Shown piece by piece: positions 62,811 through 64,000 of a DNA stretch of 64,000 nucleotides. The stretch spans positions 3,286,001-3,350,000 of the forward strand of contig NW_024704753.1 in NCBI RefSeq assembly GCF_018977255.1. Direction: 5' to 3'. How positions within the stretch are numbered: the stretch's first letter is position 1; each line of letters begins with the position of its first letter. The translations under genes and the position numbers were made by a program. The DNA is from Callorhinchus milii. Lineage: Eukaryota. Below the pieces are notes generated by a model, which was given only the letters and a program-made list of their open reading frames with translations, was not told where the DNA came from and searched no databases.

Positions 62811-63159
62811 GCACATTGCAGGCCTTTGGGCTGATTTTGTTTGAGTTGGCCGGACGTCTGATACATGCAGAAACCCATCATTGTCTTAAAAAGATAATCC
62901 AAACGAGATTCAATACTTCCTTTTAGAAAATCCTTGTATTCGGGCACAATTCCATTTTACTGCTGAACACTGAGCAAATTGGGACCTTTTTTTTTTGGCA
63001 GCCGGGTGGGTGTCTGACACAATCAGAAACCCATCACTGTGCTTAAGAGTCTCCAAACCCAACTGAGAGTTCTACGCCTGCCGAACACAGCTGGAAATTT
63101 CCAGGTGTCTGGGATTTCCATGGAGAGCAAAACCCAAGGTTTAGGTTTGTCTTTGTTAG

Positions 63160-63410
63160 AGCTGCCTGTCCAGGTGGACATTAAAAATGTCTATTTGAAG
63201 AGAGTTGAGCAGTTTTTCCCAGTGTCCTGGCCGACAAGTTCCCCAGATAATATTGGTTGTTCACTTCATGGCTGTACGGGGACATTGATGTGGGCAAATT
63301 GACTGCCGTGTTGGATCACTTGACAGTAAATCCTGTGAAGCGCTTTGAGATGTCTCGATGACACGATAAGGTGCAATGTCAAATGCAAGGATTATTATTA
63401 TTATTACCAT
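63160..63410 (+). mobile_element. Deu-domain SINE fragment
   Basis: caggtggacattaaaa...cagtgtcctggcc, followed by the tail. Confidence 0.7.
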
Positions 63411-63864
63411 CATAATCATTAGTATTATTTCAGGGCTGACATCTACTTGGCTTGAGCTCAGCTAATCAGAAATCCAACCTACGATCGTACAGTCTGCACA
63501 TCTCAGTGACGCATTGAGGTAACTGTTTGAGCGATCAAAATAGTTACAAAAATATTGTTTGTTCACGCTTTGGTTGGGTCTCAATTAAACAATGCAATGC
63601 ATTGTCAAGTGTATGATTAAGTGGAATGAAATACATTCTAGTTCTACACAACTATTCTCCTTGCTTCTTCAATCACAAACAGAAAGCCATCCGTGTGACA
63701 ATTGAATTTATTTCTCTGTGGGTCATCTTGTTCAGTGTGTTGCATTGTTACGGCTATTAATGTTGAAGCAAGTCATTAGCTGTTTACAGAATCGCTGCTT
63801 CATAAATGAAAGCGAATTACTGAACACAATAACATGCAGCGGAGCACTGAATTAATACATTGCA

Positions 63865-64000
63865 ATACAAGTTTACATTTGTAAAGCACCTTTCAGGTCG
63901 GGAGGATGTCCCAAGGTGCTGGACAGTCAGGGATTTGGACTCGAGCTGGAGTTGGGATCAGGGCAGGTGGAGGGTAGGAGGGTGACTGAAGGCACAGTCG
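63865..64000 (-). mobile_element. L2 LINE 3' end (runs off the window)
   Basis: tacatttgtaaagcacctttcaggtcgggaggatgtcccaagg...gactgaaggcacagtcg. Confidence 0.8.

Noticed and set aside
127-63410. Recurring palindromic tail motif that could be mistaken for CRISPR repeats
   Set aside because: Spacing is irregular, both orientations occur, the motif is embedded in retroposons, there are no cas genes, and the DNA is vertebrate.

Overview
This is eukaryotic, repeat-rich vertebrate DNA with no sign of prokaryotic origin. The repeat families look chondrichthyan, most likely a chimaera such as the elephant shark; that is an inference from repeat similarity recalled from memory. I can support only one real coding exon: a + strand signal-peptide exon (exon about 21773-21909, CDS 21855-21909, MMLLWKYLLLLSFLGCLA-G, phase-1 GT donor) that closely resembles the first coding exon of contactin-3 (CNTN3/4/6 group). 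The rest of the window appears to be long intronic sequence of that gene, and I did not find the next (Ig1) exon. The window is filled with a tRNA-derived SINE2 family in two structural subtypes, older Deu-domain SINEs, 3' fragments of L2 and CR1 LINEs, Penelope-type fragments with degenerate hammerhead-ribozyme cores, and microsatellites. Almost all ORFs in the supplied track are translations of repeats. The items most worth checking are an intronic CpG-island promoter at about 50.5 kb with possible antisense exons, the hammerhead inverted repeat at about 4.9 kb, the modular CORE/Deu/L2 SINE with its nesting chronology, and candidate neural micro-exon, poison-exon or recursive-splice signals. 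I do not see solid evidence for a wholly new biological system. Repeat boundaries were placed by eye and are approximate.
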